In this document: positions 20,537-31,544 of the stretch, in pieces
Layout: the number at the start of each line of letters is the position of its first letter
Numbering within the stretch: position 1 is the stretch's first letter
NCBI GenBank assembly: GCA_963666485.2
Contig: CAXXUO010000008.1
Location: 64,001-128,000, forward strand
Source of the DNA: Syntrophorhabdaceae bacterium
GTDB taxonomy: Bacteria > Desulfobacterota > Syntrophorhabdia > Syntrophorhabdales > Syntrophorhabdaceae
Direction: 5' to 3'
DNA: 64,000 bases
The notes under the pieces: model-generated
Told to the model about the DNA's origin: nothing
What the model saw: only the letters and a program-made list of their open reading frames with translations
Databases searched by the model: none
Program-made: the position numbers and the translations under genes

Positions 20537-22591
20537 ATGGCGATCGAACCCATTAAGAAGCTGACGGTCATAAGTCCCCTTATAAGCAGCAAAAAGCTGA
20601 TGCAGACTGTCAGGGAACTGGGCATTGTCCATGTCATAGATGCAGCGGAAGAGCTCGAGGAAGAATCGGTCCACCTGAGGATGAAAGGGTCGTCCACCGA
20701 GGACGTCGACAGTACCCTTCACAAGATCGATGCCATCCTCAATCTTCTCAAGACATACGCGCCCGAGGAACAGGGTTTTTTCCAGGGGCTGGCGCCCGTC
20801 CCGCAGGTAATAGAACGAAAAGAGCTCGAAGAGGCCATCGAGACCTATGATCTCGATGCAAGGTACCAAAGGGCAAACGAACTCGATGAGCTTATCCGCC
20901 GGAACGAACGCAACCGCACCGAGACAGAGGCGAAACTCGGCGTACTCCTTCCTCTCAAAGACCTCAGGTTCAAACTGGATGACATCCACGGTTCCCGCAG
21001 GTTCACGTTCATCTACGGCCGTATCCCGGTCCAGAACATGGGCGGTCTCGACAAAACCACCTATCCCTGGACGCATGCAGCCTGGGAAGCGATCGGTGAA
21101 CCCGATGAAAAGAATGCATCCGCAAAAAATGCAAGGAACACCTCCCGCATCCTCCTCGCCGTTTTGAATGACGACGCCGACGACGTCAGGGATGCGCTGC
21201 GCCGGCTGTCTTTTACAGAAGTCGAGCTTCCCAATCTCCCGGGAATGATAGAAGACCACGTGGAATCGCTTGAAGAGGACCTGGCGGAGCTCGGATCGGC
21301 GCACGAAAAGATACGTGCTGATATTAACGCGCTTGCACCGGACAGGCGTATGCTGGTCACGCTCAAGGCATACTGGACGTCCCACAGGAACGAACACCTC
21401 GCAATGGCAAAGACTCTGGGCGGCAGATGGGTCCATTTGCTGACCGGTTATATCCGGTTAAGGGACGTGGAAAAGTTCAACGCCATTATCGGGAGGGAGT
21501 TCCCTGAATCGGTCACAAACTTTGAAGACCCGGCTCCCGGCGAAAATGTGCCTGTCAGCCTGTCGCTGCCAAAGGCCTTGAGGCCCCTTTCGCTTATCGT
21601 CGAGATGTTCGGGCTTCCCCCGTACCGCAGTTTCGACCCGACGCCTTTTCTCCACATCAATTTTTATATTTTCTTCGGGATATGTTTTTCTGATGTCGGG
21701 TATGGCCTCATGCTTATCGCGTCATCACTCTATCTCATCAAAAGAACGAAGCAGTACGAAGGCGTGGCCGATTTCGGGAGGATCCTGCTCTACGGCGGGA
21801 TCAGCACAGTCGTCTTCGGCGCACTGATGGGATCGTGGTTCGGCGATCTCTATATGGAAAAATATCTTGGTGAAAATAACGTCCTCATGCGCATACAATC
21901 GCTTTTCGTCGTTATCGACCCGATATCAAAGATCATACCCGCACTTTTGCTCACCCTGCTTATAGGTGTTCTCAACCAGTTTTACGGTATAGGCCTGAAG
22001 ATGTACGGCGCCCTGCGCGAAGGAGACTGGAAAACAGCGGTGTTTGACGGCATTTTCTGGTATCTCACCCTCCCCGGCCTTCTCATCGTCGTCAGTAAAC
22101 TCTTTGTACAGACCCCGGCCGGTCTTTACAATACGGGACTCGTCCTGTTCTGTTCAGGGGTACTCGGCCTTATCCTCACACAGGGACGGGATATAAAAAA
22201 CCCGGTCGGGAGGATACTCGGCGGTATCGTGAGCCTGTACGGGATCATCGGGAGCTACGGCATGACCGCGTTCATCGGTGACGTCCTCTCATACTGCAGG
22301 CTCCTTGCGCTCGGCCTGACAACAGGTATCGTCGGCATGACGTTCAATATGCTCGGTGGTCTCATCAAGGACGTGCCCTACGTCGGGATCATCCTTTTCA
22401 TCATGATCGTGGTGGTCGGCCACCTCTTTAATTTTGTGATAAGCCTCCTTGGCGCATTCGTGCATTCGATGCGCCTCATATTCGTCGAATTCTTCGGGAG
22501 GTTCTACGATTCTGACGCCCGGCCGTTCCAGCCGTTGGGATTCGATTCCCCGCTGTGCGTAATAAAAAAAGAAGATGCGAGCAATGGATAA
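20537..22591 (+). CDS. ntpI: V/A-type ATPase subunit I (a)
   Basis: DPTPF, FGICFSDVGYG, DVLSYCRLLALGL, HSMRLIFVEFF. Confidence 0.93.
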   Translation: MAIEPIKKLTVISPLISSKKLMQTVRELGIVHVIDAAEELEEESVHLRMKGSSTEDVDSTLHKIDAILNLLKTYAPEEQGFFQGLAPVPQVIERKELEEAIETYDLDARYQRANELDELIRRNERNRTETEAKLGVLLPLKDLRFKLDDIHGSRRFTFIYGRIPVQNMGGLDKTTYPWTHAAWEAIGEPDEKNASAKNARNTSRILLAVLNDDADDVRDALRRLSFTEVELPNLPGMIEDHVESLEEDLAELGSAHEKIRADINALAPDRRMLVTLKAYWTSHRNEHLAMAKTLGGRWVHLLTGYIRLRDVEKFNAIIGREFPESVTNFEDPAPGENVPVSLSLPKALRPLSLIVEMFGLPPYRSFDPTPFLHINFYIFFGICFSDVGYGLMLIASSLYLIKRTKQYEGVADFGRILLYGGISTVVFGALMGSWFGDLYMEKYLGENNVLMRIQSLFVVIDPISKIIPALLLTLLIGVLNQFYGIGLKMYGALREGDWKTAVFDGIFWYLTLPGLLIVVSKLFVQTPAGLYNTGLVLFCSGVLGLILTQGRDIKNPVGRILGGIVSLYGIIGSYGMTAFIGDVLSYCRLLALGLTTGIVGMTFNMLGGLIKDVPYVGIILFIMIVVVGHLFNFVISLLGAFVHSMRLIFVEFFGRFYDSDARPFQPLGFDSPLCVIKKEDASNG

Positions 22592-22615
22592 ATCCAAAAA
22601 AGTGGAGGTACTATA

Positions 22616-23131
22616 ATGACCCCTGAATTGATCGAAGTTGGCCGCGGGCTCTGCTATGCCGGGGCCGGACTGGCGTTTGGCCTCGCAGGCATCGGATCGG
22701 CCTGGGGGATCGCGATCGCGTCCCATGCGGCAGCGGGCGTCATGCGGGAAAAACCGGAACTTTTCGGCAGAATGCTCGTCATGATCGCGTTGCCCGGCAC
22801 TCAGGGATTTTATGGCTTCATAGCCGCGATACTGATGATGACGCAAACGGGGCTTATCGGCGGGCAGCAGTTGAAGGTCAGCTTCGGCACGGGTATTGCC
22901 CTGTTCGTTATCGGCCTTGCCGACGGCCTGGCGCAGCTCGTTTCCGCGGTCAAGCAGGGGGAGGCGTCCGCAGCAGGTATTTCCCTCGTCGCGCGCCGGC
23001 CGGAGTCAGCGGGCCGGGCCATCCTGTTCCCGGCATTTGTCGAAACATACGCGGTCGTCGCGCTTCTCGCTACTATCCTGTTCATCATATTCCTGACGCA
23101 GCCTGTTGCACTGCAATACATGCCGAAGTAA
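22616..23131 (+). CDS. ntpK: V/A-type ATPase subunit K (c), 4-TM, Na+-type
   Basis: GIGSAWG, LPGTQGFYG, SAVKQG, VETYA. Confidence 0.93.
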   Translation: MTPELIEVGRGLCYAGAGLAFGLAGIGSAWGIAIASHAAAGVMREKPELFGRMLVMIALPGTQGFYGFIAAILMMTQTGLIGGQQLKVSFGTGIALFVIGLADGLAQLVSAVKQGEASAAGISLVARRPESAGRAILFPAFVETYAVVALLATILFIIFLTQPVALQYMPK

Positions 23132-23159
23132 CGGAGACAACGAAGGAGCACCATCTCAC

Positions 23160-23747
23160 ATGAGCCTCGAGAAGATAAAAGAAACGGTAATGCAGGCATC
23201 CGCGGCCGAAGCGGAGCGGATACATGCCGCAGCGCAAAAAGACGCCAGGGAAAGACTCGAGGCCAAGAAAAACGATCTCCTCAGGGAACTCGAATACCAG
23301 TACCAGGTAGCCTCCCGGCAGATGGAAGAAGAATATGCAAAAAAACTCGCCGTTTTTCAGGGAAACGCGGCAAAGGAGTTGCTGGAAGCCAAAAATGCCT
23401 CGCTGAGGTCCATACTGGAGACGGCCCACAGGACCGTGCTCGCCTTGACGGACGAGGAATACGGAAATGTCATGAGAGGATTCCTCGAAAAAATATCCGG
23501 CGGGAAAAAAGGGAGCGTCCGCGTACACGCGGATGACGCGGCAATCTTCTCTTCCGTTTTGCGGGAGATCAACAGGGCCCGGACCGAGGACGCACAACTC
23601 GCGCTCGATGATGAGCGCCTCCACACGAAAGGCGGATTTATTTTCATCAGTGAAGAGTTCGAGGTCGATGCCACGTTGGAAACCATTTTCAGCGATATTG
23701 AAAGATCGATACTTCCGGAGATAGCGGAGGACCTTGCACGCCTATGA
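23160..23747 (+). CDS. ntpE: V/A-type ATPase subunit E
   Basis: MSLEKIKE..., GGFI; operon position. Confidence 0.85.
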   Translation: MSLEKIKETVMQASAAEAERIHAAAQKDARERLEAKKNDLLRELEYQYQVASRQMEEEYAKKLAVFQGNAAKELLEAKNASLRSILETAHRTVLALTDEEYGNVMRGFLEKISGGKKGSVRVHADDAAIFSSVLREINRARTEDAQLALDDERLHTKGGFIFISEEFEVDATLETIFSDIERSILPEIAEDLARL

Positions 23748-24745
23748 GGTCGAAGGGATACATACCGCCTCCCATACGGAACCGCACTGAATGGGGCTTC
23801 GTATGCGGGCGCATAAGCGCCCTTGAAGGGAGGCTGCTCACCCGGGATTTTTACCGGAGCATTCTCGAAATGCGCCATACGGACGATATATTCCAGCATT
23901 TCCAGGGAAGTCTCATCGAGGATTATCTCGATCCCGGCATCCCCTGGGAAGATTTCAGCGCCGTCGCAGACGAGTGTTTTCATGACATGACGATGTCCAT
24001 ACGGAACGAATCGCCATCGCCCGTCCCGGCAGACCTGTTCCTTCTGAAGAATGATTACCTGAACATAAAAAGCGCGCATGCCGGCATATCGGGAACGCCT
24101 TTCCCGGCGGGCGTCATGCCGACCGAAACGGTCGAGGCCATCATGGACGGTTATTTTTCCGAGCTTCCTTCTTCATTCGGTCCAAAACCGACAGACGCCG
24201 GGATCGATCTCGACGACATAGACCCTTCGATTTCTGACGTTTTCATCGACGGGGCATACATGCGCCACCTTTACGAGATATCCGAAAAGATCGACAGCCC
24301 CATGATCCACGACTGTATAGACATACGCATCCTGGGGTATGCCATTACATCCCTGTGGCGCATCTTAAGACAGGAGAGGGACCCGCGGCAGCTCGTCGAG
24401 TTTCTTTTCGCGCCCGAGGATGACATGCGGGTCATACTCGATCTTGCAGAATCCGACCCTGCCGAATGGCCGGTCATTGTCGGGGGAGAGATCGGCGACC
24501 TGCTTGCCCGCACGATGCAGGCAGCGTATGACGAGCAGATATCGACATTCGAGCTCAAGGTGATCAATTTCATCCTCCACATGGTGATGCAGGCCCGCAA
24601 GGAGACGTCGGGCCCCGAGCGCGTATTCGCTTTTCTCAGCGCGGTCGAGGCCGAAATACAGAATTTGAAGCTCGTGGTCGTAGGAAAAATAAACCGGATA
24701 GAGCCGGACATCCTGGACCAGCGCCTGAGGTACATACATGGCTAA
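23744..24745 (+). CDS. ntpC: V/A-type ATPase subunit C (d)
   Basis: GRISALEGRLL, EIQNLKLVVVGK; operon position. Confidence 0.85.
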   Translation: MRSKGYIPPPIRNRTEWGFVCGRISALEGRLLTRDFYRSILEMRHTDDIFQHFQGSLIEDYLDPGIPWEDFSAVADECFHDMTMSIRNESPSPVPADLFLLKNDYLNIKSAHAGISGTPFPAGVMPTETVEAIMDGYFSELPSSFGPKPTDAGIDLDDIDPSISDVFIDGAYMRHLYEISEKIDSPMIHDCIDIRILGYAITSLWRILRQERDPRQLVEFLFAPEDDMRVILDLAESDPAEWPVIVGGEIGDLLARTMQAAYDEQISTFELKVINFILHMVMQARKETSGPERVFAFLSAVEAEIQNLKLVVVGKINRIEPDILDQRLRYIHG

Positions 24746-25088
24746 AGCCTGCATAGTGGGTGAGAAACACCTCATCCTCGGTTTCAAGGGGATCGGGTTC
24801 GAGGTTGTTCCCGTAGCGGAGCCGAAAGACCTTGCCGAGGAGCTCTTTATGCTGACGCGCAGGCACGACGTCGGGCTTATCCTTGTCACGGAAAGCATCG
24901 TCGCCGAGGCGCCAAAAGGTGTTATCGAGGAGTTCCGCTCCCGGAGTTCAGTCATAGTTGCGGTGGTCCCGATGTACGAGGACAGCCCGCGGACAACATA
25001 CAACGAAATGAGGAAGGCTGTGGAGCGGTCGGTCGGCATAGACCTTTTCAGAAAGGACCAGGCCTTGGAAGAGAACGAGGGACAATGA
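24738..25088 (+). CDS. V/A-type ATPase subunit F
   Basis: IVGEKHLILGFKGIG, VERSVGID. Confidence 0.88.
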   Translation: MAKACIVGEKHLILGFKGIGFEVVPVAEPKDLAEELFMLTRRHDVGLILVTESIVAEAPKGVIEEFRSRSSVIVAVVPMYEDSPRTTYNEMRKAVERSVGIDLFRKDQALEENEGQ

Positions 25089-26845
25089 TGGATGAGACAG
25101 CAGGACGGGTGATCAAGGTCTCGGGGCCTCTCGTCGTGGCGCAGGGGCTCAAAGGCGCCCGGATGTACGAGATGGTCCGCGTGGGGGATCTCGGCCTTTT
25201 TGGCGAGATCATCGAGATCAAGGGCAACGACTATTCGATCCAGACATATGAAGAGACCGAAGGCATCGGGCCGGGACAGCCCGTTGTCCGTACCCGGGAA
25301 CCTCTCAGCGTCGAACTGGGGCCGGGGCTTATCAGTTCCATCTATGACGGCATCCAGAGGCCTCTCGACGTGCTCGCCCGTGATTTCGGCGAGTACATCG
25401 TACGGGGCACGCAAAGGCCCGCACTCGACAGGAACAGGCAATGGGATTTCCAGCCGGCCGCCCGGACCGGCGACAGTGTCCAGGGCGGGGACATCCTCGG
25501 CACGGTCCAGGAAAGCGCGCTTGTGAGCCACAAGATAATGGTCCCGCCGGGAGAGTCGGGTACCGTACGGCGCATCGGGCCGGTCACGGGAAACGTCGAT
25601 ACCATGGTAGCCGAGATCGAGGGCCCGAACGGGGTCTTCAGCGTGACCATGACCCAGAGGTGGCCGGTGCGCGACCCGCGCCCCGCAAAGCGCAAAGTCC
25701 CCCCTCAGCAGACGATGGTAACCGGGCAACGTATTATCGACATGTTCTTCCCGATAACAAAGGGAGGCACCGCATGCGTTCCCGGGCCTTTCGGCAGCGG
25801 CAAAACGGTCGTTCAGCATCAGCTTGCCAAGTGGGCTGACGCGCAGATAGTCGTGTACGTCGGCTGCGGCGAGCGGGGCAACGAGATGACCGACGTCCTC
25901 ATGGAATTCCCGCATCTCAAGGACCCGGCGAGCGGCGAGCCCCTCATGGCACGGACCGTGCTCATTGCAAACACGTCGAACATGCCCGTCGCAGCCCGCG
26001 AGGCAAGTGTTTTCACCGGGATCGCAATTGCGGAATATTTTCGCGACATGGGGTACTCGGTCGCCCTCATGGCCGATTCCACGAGCCGATGGGCCGAGGC
26101 CATGCGCGAGATCTCGGGGCGTCTCGAAGAGATGCCGGGCGAAGAGGGATATCCCGCATATCTCGGTTCGCGTATCGCCGGGTTTTATGAACGGTCCGGT
26201 TCCGTTATCTGTATCGGTTCCAACGACCGGCGCGGCGCTGTATCCATTATCGGGGCGGTGTCCCCTCCCGGCGGCGACCTCTCGGAACCCGTTGTCCAGA
26301 CGACCCTTCGCGTCGTCAAGGTATACTGGGGGCTCGATGACAAGCTGGCGTTTGCACGCCATTTTCCCGCCATCAACTGGCTTTCCTCCTATTCCCTCTA
26401 CCAGGATATGGTCGACGAGTACGCCGACAAGAACGTTGACCGGATGTGGTCCATCAACAGGAAACGCGCCATGTCGATCCTGCAGAAGGAAGCGGAGCTC
26501 GAGGAACTCGTCCGCCTTGTCGGGGTCGATTCCCTGACGACAGAGGACAGGCTCCTCATGCAGGCCGCGCGCATGATCCGGGAAGACTTCCTCCATCAGA
26601 ACGCATTTGACGACCGCGATACGTACACATCGCCGAGAAAACAGTTCCTGCTCCTGAACCTCATCCTGCGGTATTACGACGAGATGCGCTCGGGCTTATC
26701 CGATGGCGCAACCCTCGAGGCCCTTCTGAAACTCAACGTGCTCGAGGACATCTCGCGGGCGAAGCTGATACCGGAGGATGAGATACAGCAATTCGAATCT
26801 CTTGACCATGATATCGTGAACAGTATCCGGGCACTGGTCTGGTAA
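25085..26845 (+). CDS. ntpA: V/A-type ATPase catalytic subunit A
   Basis: [30 protein letters not shown]. Confidence 0.97.
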   Translation: MMDETAGRVIKVSGPLVVAQGLKGARMYEMVRVGDLGLFGEIIEIKGNDYSIQTYEETEGIGPGQPVVRTREPLSVELGPGLISSIYDGIQRPLDVLARDFGEYIVRGTQRPALDRNRQWDFQPAARTGDSVQGGDILGTVQESALVSHKIMVPPGESGTVRRIGPVTGNVDTMVAEIEGPNGVFSVTMTQRWPVRDPRPAKRKVPPQQTMVTGQRIIDMFFPITKGGTACVPGPFGSGKTVVQHQLAKWADAQIVVYVGCGERGNEMTDVLMEFPHLKDPASGEPLMARTVLIANTSNMPVAAREASVFTGIAIAEYFRDMGYSVALMADSTSRWAEAMREISGRLEEMPGEEGYPAYLGSRIAGFYERSGSVICIGSNDRRGAVSIIGAVSPPGGDLSEPVVQTTLRVVKVYWGLDDKLAFARHFPAINWLSSYSLYQDMVDEYADKNVDRMWSINRKRAMSILQKEAELEELVRLVGVDSLTTEDRLLMQAARMIREDFLHQNAFDDRDTYTSPRKQFLLLNLILRYYDEMRSGLSDGATLEALLKLNVLEDISRAKLIPEDEIQQFESLDHDIVNSIRALVW

Positions 26846-26865
26846 TACAGCAAGGCGGGGAGATA

Positions 26866-28254
26866 ATGAGCAACATCATTCGCGAATACAGGACAGTAAA
26901 AGAAATAGCGGGACCTTTGATGCTGGTGGACGACGTCGAAGGCGTGACGTACGGCGAACTTGCCGATATCAAGATGCAGGACGGAAGCGTACGCAGGGGA
27001 CGCGTCCTCGAGGTCAGCGGCAAAAAGGCGATGGTCCAGGTTTTCGAAGGTACGCGCGGCCTTTCCCCGGAAGATATAAAGGTGAAATTCCTGGCCAAGG
27101 GAATGGAACTCGGGGTTTCCATCGACATGCTCGGGCGTGTTTTCGACGGATCCGGCAAACCGATAGACGACGGGCCCGCGATCATCCCGGAGAAATACCT
27201 CAACGTGAACGGCAACCAGATCAATCCCTTTGCGCGCGATTATCCCAACGAGTTCATCCAGACCGGCATCTCGACGATCGACCTTTTGAATACCCTTGTC
27301 AGGGGACAGAAACTCCCGCTTTTCTCTGCATCCGGGCTGCCCCATTCCCGCATAGCCGCCCAGATCGCTCGGCAGGCCACCGTTCTCAAGACGGGAGAGA
27401 AATTTGCCGTCGTCTTTGCCGCGATGGGGATCACCTTTGAAGAGGCGGAATTCTTCATAAACGATTTCCGCAAGACAGGTGCTATCGAGCGCTCTGTGCT
27501 CTTCATCAACCTGGCCGACGATCCCCCGATCGAGAGGCTCACCCTCCCCCGCATGGCGCTTACCACCGCGGAATTCCTCGCGTTCGAGAAGGACATGCAC
27601 GTCCTCGTCATACTGACGGACATCACGAACTACTGCGAGGCGCTGCGCGAAGTCTCGGCGGCGCGCAAGGAAGTGCCCGGCAGGAGAGGTTACCCGGGTT
27701 ATCTCTATACGGACCTTTCGACGATCTACGAAAGGGCCGGCCGCATCAAGGGAAAGAGGGGCTCGATCACGCAGATACCCGTCCTCACCATGCCCGAGGA
27801 TGACAAGACCCACCCTATCCCCGACCTGACGGGCTATATCACGGAAGGCCAGATCATCATCCTGCGCCCGCTTCACACGCAGGGCATATACCCGCCCGTT
27901 GATGTACTCCCTTCACTTTCGCGCCTGAAGGACAAAGGCATCGGCGCAGGTAAGACGCGGGAAGACCATGCCGACGTGATGAACCAGCTCTACAGCGCAT
28001 ATGCCCATGGGAAAAATGCCCGGGAGCTCGCCGTCGTGCTCGGTGAATCGGCATTGACCGACGAGGACATCCTTTTCGTAAAATTTTCCGACGCGTTTGA
28101 AGACAAATTCATTCGCCAGGGCGAATACGAGAACAGGACCATCGAGGAAAGCCTCCATATCGGCTGGCAGCTCCTCTCTATGCTTCCGACCAAGCTCCTC
28201 AAGCGTATTCGCGATGAGTTCATAGAAAAGTACTACCCGAAAGGCGCGAACTGA
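26866..28254 (+). CDS. ntpB: V/A-type ATPase subunit B
   Basis: [39 protein letters not shown]. Confidence 0.97.
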   Translation: MSNIIREYRTVKEIAGPLMLVDDVEGVTYGELADIKMQDGSVRRGRVLEVSGKKAMVQVFEGTRGLSPEDIKVKFLAKGMELGVSIDMLGRVFDGSGKPIDDGPAIIPEKYLNVNGNQINPFARDYPNEFIQTGISTIDLLNTLVRGQKLPLFSASGLPHSRIAAQIARQATVLKTGEKFAVVFAAMGITFEEAEFFINDFRKTGAIERSVLFINLADDPPIERLTLPRMALTTAEFLAFEKDMHVLVILTDITNYCEALREVSAARKEVPGRRGYPGYLYTDLSTIYERAGRIKGKRGSITQIPVLTMPEDDKTHPIPDLTGYITEGQIIILRPLHTQGIYPPVDVLPSLSRLKDKGIGAGKTREDHADVMNQLYSAYAHGKNARELAVVLGESALTDEDILFVKFSDAFEDKFIRQGEYENRTIEESLHIGWQLLSMLPTKLLKRIRDEFIEKYYPKGAN

Positions 28255-28265
28255 AGGAATAACCT

Positions 28266-28901
28266 TTGAGACTTGCCGTAAACCCGACACGAATGGAGCT
28301 GTTAAAACTGAGGCGGCGCCTCGTGGTCGCGCGCCGGGGCCACAAACTCCTCAAGGACAAGCTCGAGGGCCTCATCAAGGAATTCATGAACGTGGCCCAT
28401 GAATACCGCAAACTGCGCCAGATGATAGACGACGAGCTTCCCTATGTGATGAAACTCTTCGTGCTCGCGGAGATCACATCCTCCCGGAAGATAACGGAGA
28501 ACGCCCTCGAGTCGGTACGGCAGGAACTGGACATCATCGTCGAGCCGGTCAGGATGATGGGGGTCAGGATCAAGAAGCTCGACATCCGGTACGGCGAGGT
28601 GACCGGCCGGTACTCTCTCGTTCATACATCACCGGAACTCGATATCGCTATCTCCCGCCTCCGGGATTTTCTCCCGAAGCTCCTTGCCATGTCCGAGACC
28701 GAGGACAAGGTCCGCAGGATGGCGAGCGAGGTCGAAAAGACCAGGCGGCGCGTCAATGCGCTTGAGCACTCCTTCATACCCCGGATCGAGGAGACGATAC
28801 GTTTCATCACGTCGAAACTTGAGGAAACGGAACGCTCGACAACGAGCGCGCTGATGAAGATCAAGGCACAGAGGTTGGCGAGGGAAGCGGCTGAAGGCTA
28901 A
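28266..28901 (+). CDS. ntpD: V/A-type ATPase subunit D
   Basis: NPTRMELL, RGHKLLKDK, KTRRRVNALE. Confidence 0.95.
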   Translation: MRLAVNPTRMELLKLRRRLVVARRGHKLLKDKLEGLIKEFMNVAHEYRKLRQMIDDELPYVMKLFVLAEITSSRKITENALESVRQELDIIVEPVRMMGVRIKKLDIRYGEVTGRYSLVHTSPELDIAISRLRDFLPKLLAMSETEDKVRRMASEVEKTRRRVNALEHSFIPRIEETIRFITSKLEETERSTTSALMKIKAQRLAREAAEG

Positions 28902-28975
28902 CGGCGTACGGCTAACGGCTAACGGCTAACGGCTAACGGCTAACGGCTGACGGCTGACGGCTGACGGCTAACGGC
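28897..28975. repeat. Heptamer tandem array (GGCTRAC) of about 11 units
   Basis: Starts at ntpD stop; no inverted mate seen. Confidence 0.92.
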
Positions 28976-29021
28976 GAAAAACTAAGAACAATTGGGAAAA
29001 ATGTAAAATCAGGCAAGAAAG

Positions 29022-29056
29022 AAAATCCCGGCAGGTTATCCCCGCCGGGATTTTTA
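29022..29056. terminator. Bidirectional intrinsic terminator between convergent operons
   Basis: AAAATCCCGGC...GCCGGGATTTTT. Confidence 0.8.
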
Positions 29057-29074
29057 GTTCATCTCGAAAAAATA

Positions 29075-29923
29075 CTATTTGAAGTCGAAGTGGCCGAAGC
29101 GCGGGAACATCTGGAACTGGACGTCGAACTCGACAGGCAGGTCTCCCACTATGTTCTTCACTGCTTCCTTAATGCCCGCTATATCGTCCCTTTCATGAAC
29201 GAAACCGTGTAGCCTGAGACCATATTTGGGCATCCCTTCTTCAACCGGCGTCACATCGAGATATGATACGGTGAAATTCGGGTCAGTGAGTACGGCCGCT
29301 TTCGCTTTTGAGGCAATGGCCCTGAGATTGAGGGTATTCAGAGCTTCCTCATTCTTGAGCGCATCCTTCGCTGCAAGGCCTTTTTTGATGTCGTCAACGA
29401 TGGTCTGACCACTCTCGGTTGAACTGTTAAACACCCTGTCAAATTCTTTCGGGTCATCCCAGTGTTTTCCATAAAGAATGTACATGGAACGGGACATATC
29501 CGCATCGATCTTCTGGATGATCCATCTAGCGGTGCTTTCATTGATAACCTGATCACCCTGGACCCGGTTTATCCTGTCCTCCATGCTGCTTTCGATCCGT
29601 ATCCTCAGAACGTGGGGGATCCCTTTCAGCAGAAATGTGCCTCCCGTTCCCGCGATGATGACCTTATCTCTTTGCGCATATTCATAAACGAGGCTCTGGA
29701 CGAGCGCAACAAACGCCTTGAATGACCAGTCATTTTTTTCCCAGACGTTGGGATACTGCTCATCGAAATTCTTCGCGTATTTTCCCCAGTTCGCTCCCCG
29801 CGCAGAAATATCCTTGAACATCGTGGAACGGTCGATATATTCATATCCCAGATCCTGCGCAACTTGCAATGCTATGGCTTTTGCGCCACCGCCAAATTGC
29901 CGCGATATAGTTAGGATTGCCAT
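29075..29923 (-). CDS. Cytidylate kinase-like family protein with C-terminal BON-like extension
   Basis: LTISRQFGGGA...IA..LGYEYID; HVLRIRI; YGKHWDDP. Confidence 0.8.
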   Translation of the reverse strand: MAILTISRQFGGGAKAIALQVAQDLGYEYIDRSTMFKDISARGANWGKYAKNFDEQYPNVWEKNDWSFKAFVALVQSLVYEYAQRDKVIIAGTGGTFLLKGIPHVLRIRIESSMEDRINRVQGDQVINESTARWIIQKIDADMSRSMYILYGKHWDDPKEFDRVFNSSTESGQTIVDDIKKGLAAKDALKNEEALNTLNLRAIASKAKAAVLTDPNFTVSYLDVTPVEEGMPKYGLRLHGFVHERDDIAGIKEAVKNIVGDLPVEFDVQFQMFPRFGHFDFK

Positions 29924-29938
29924 GATTCCCCCTTTCCC

Positions 29939-31270
29939 TTACTTTGCAAAAGGAACGACCCAAACGAACATCGCGGGTATATAGCAGGCAATAAGCGACA
30001 CGACAACATACGGGACGGTGATACCCAGGAATTCCTTCAGGCCGACCTTTCTATCGTCTTCTTTCTCACCCAAATTCTTGGCTACGAAAAGCGCCGGTGC
30101 GCCCGCCACAGTAAGGTTGCTGCCGAGTGTCCCTGCCCACAGGAGCATCCAGTAGAGCGGCCAGGGGTTCATGCCCGTGTCTTTGCCAAGGTCCCTGATG
30201 ACATAGAGCAATGTCAGAATATAGGCATCGTGTTCGACGATACCAACGATAGGTGCGGTGATCCAGTAGAGGGCCGAAGCTCCCACTACCAGGCTTTCCC
30301 TGATGATGGGCGTGATAGCGCTCGTGACGATCTTGATAACGCCGGCGTGTTCGAGGCCGCCGACCAGTGCAAACAATGACACATAAAAACCGATCGCTCT
30401 CCAGTCAAGTTCCGCAAGGATATGCTCGACGTCAGGCGTCTCGACCGTGAAATGCTTACCGAACAATTCAAAAAAGAGAATAAGGGCGATTGCTCCCCAC
30501 ATTGCAATAAAACCGAGATGGTACCCGAAGATGGGCCTGAATGCCATCGCAAGGATTGTCAGGAGGAATATACCGCAAGAGACAAGCGCAAAGGGCTTAT
30601 CCTTAATATGGTCGGAGGGTTTTTCCTGGATAGACGCGACATCCATTCTCTTCCCCGTATATTTCTTTTTAAAGATAAGGTAAAACATCCAGCACGTTAC
30701 GACATACGATATCATAAGGATAAAAAATGATGAAGGCCTGCCGGAATGCCAGATGAACCCCCAGAACTCGATGCCGGAAACGCTGTGCAGCATCTGGGGC
30801 GGCAGGTCGCCGAGGAGCATCGCCGTTCCCATAAAATTTGAGCATAGACCGACAAATAGAACAGGTGCAAAGGCAGGAAATTGAAATTTTCTGCACGCAT
30901 GAAAAATAACCGGCGCGAACATGATGACGACGACAACATTGTCGATCAGCATGGAAACGAGGCCGGCTAAAAAGCCGATAGACGTAACAAAAAATGCAAT
31001 ATTTCCCTTGGATAATTTGAGCATCAATGCTGACAGAAAATCCGGGACACCGGATCGCCCGAAATATCCCGATATGATCCAGATGCTGAGCAGGATAAAA
31101 ATAACGTTCCAGTCGACGATCTTGAACGCATCAACATCGGAATATACCCCGAGAAATACCATGAGCAGGATGCCGCCCAGAGCGGCAATGACGCTATCGA
31201 TCCAACCGGTTATGACGAGAATGATGCTGGCGAGAAACACAACGGTAGCTGCGATTTGCATGAACTCCAT
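29939..31270 (-). CDS. ArsB/NhaD/SLC13-superfamily permease
   Basis: SMLIDNV, NFMGTAMLLGDLP, GTLGSNLTVAGAPA; highly hydrophobic. Confidence 0.85.
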   Translation of the reverse strand: MEFMQIAATVVFLASIILVITGWIDSVIAALGGILLMVFLGVYSDVDAFKIVDWNVIFILLSIWIISGYFGRSGVPDFLSALMLKLSKGNIAFFVTSIGFLAGLVSMLIDNVVVVIMFAPVIFHACRKFQFPAFAPVLFVGLCSNFMGTAMLLGDLPPQMLHSVSGIEFWGFIWHSGRPSSFFILMISYVVTCWMFYLIFKKKYTGKRMDVASIQEKPSDHIKDKPFALVSCGIFLLTILAMAFRPIFGYHLGFIAMWGAIALILFFELFGKHFTVETPDVEHILAELDWRAIGFYVSLFALVGGLEHAGVIKIVTSAITPIIRESLVVGASALYWITAPIVGIVEHDAYILTLLYVIRDLGKDTGMNPWPLYWMLLWAGTLGSNLTVAGAPALFVAKNLGEKEDDRKVGLKEFLGITVPYVVVSLIACYIPAMFVWVVPFAK

Positions 31271-31544
31271 ACACCGAACCCCCTTTTGAAATATTACCCC
31301 GAAAAAAAAGGGCGACAACCGCCCTTAATTCACCCAATTTTTGTTGAAAGAATGCCCCTTATTTTCCCCTGCCCTGCCACTGCCCTAGTGTATACCAAGT
31401 TAAACATCATGTGCAAGCCTTAATCGTAAGGACAATACCATATTAAAAGGGCCGGACACAAATGCCCGGCCCCTGTTATGTCATGTCTCACAGGTCAATG
31501 ACGATCTTCCCCATTGCCTATCGCCCATTGCCTATCACCTGTTA

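Noticed and set aside
24365..26596. 743-aa minus-strand ORF and similar long antisense ORFs (246-1532, 26674-27876, 37899-38990)
   Set aside because: Opposite well-conserved genes in GC-rich DNA; no recognisable motifs.
28897..28975. Heptamer arrays as CRISPR repeats
   Set aside because: No unique spacers, 7-bp period, and no cas genes in the window.
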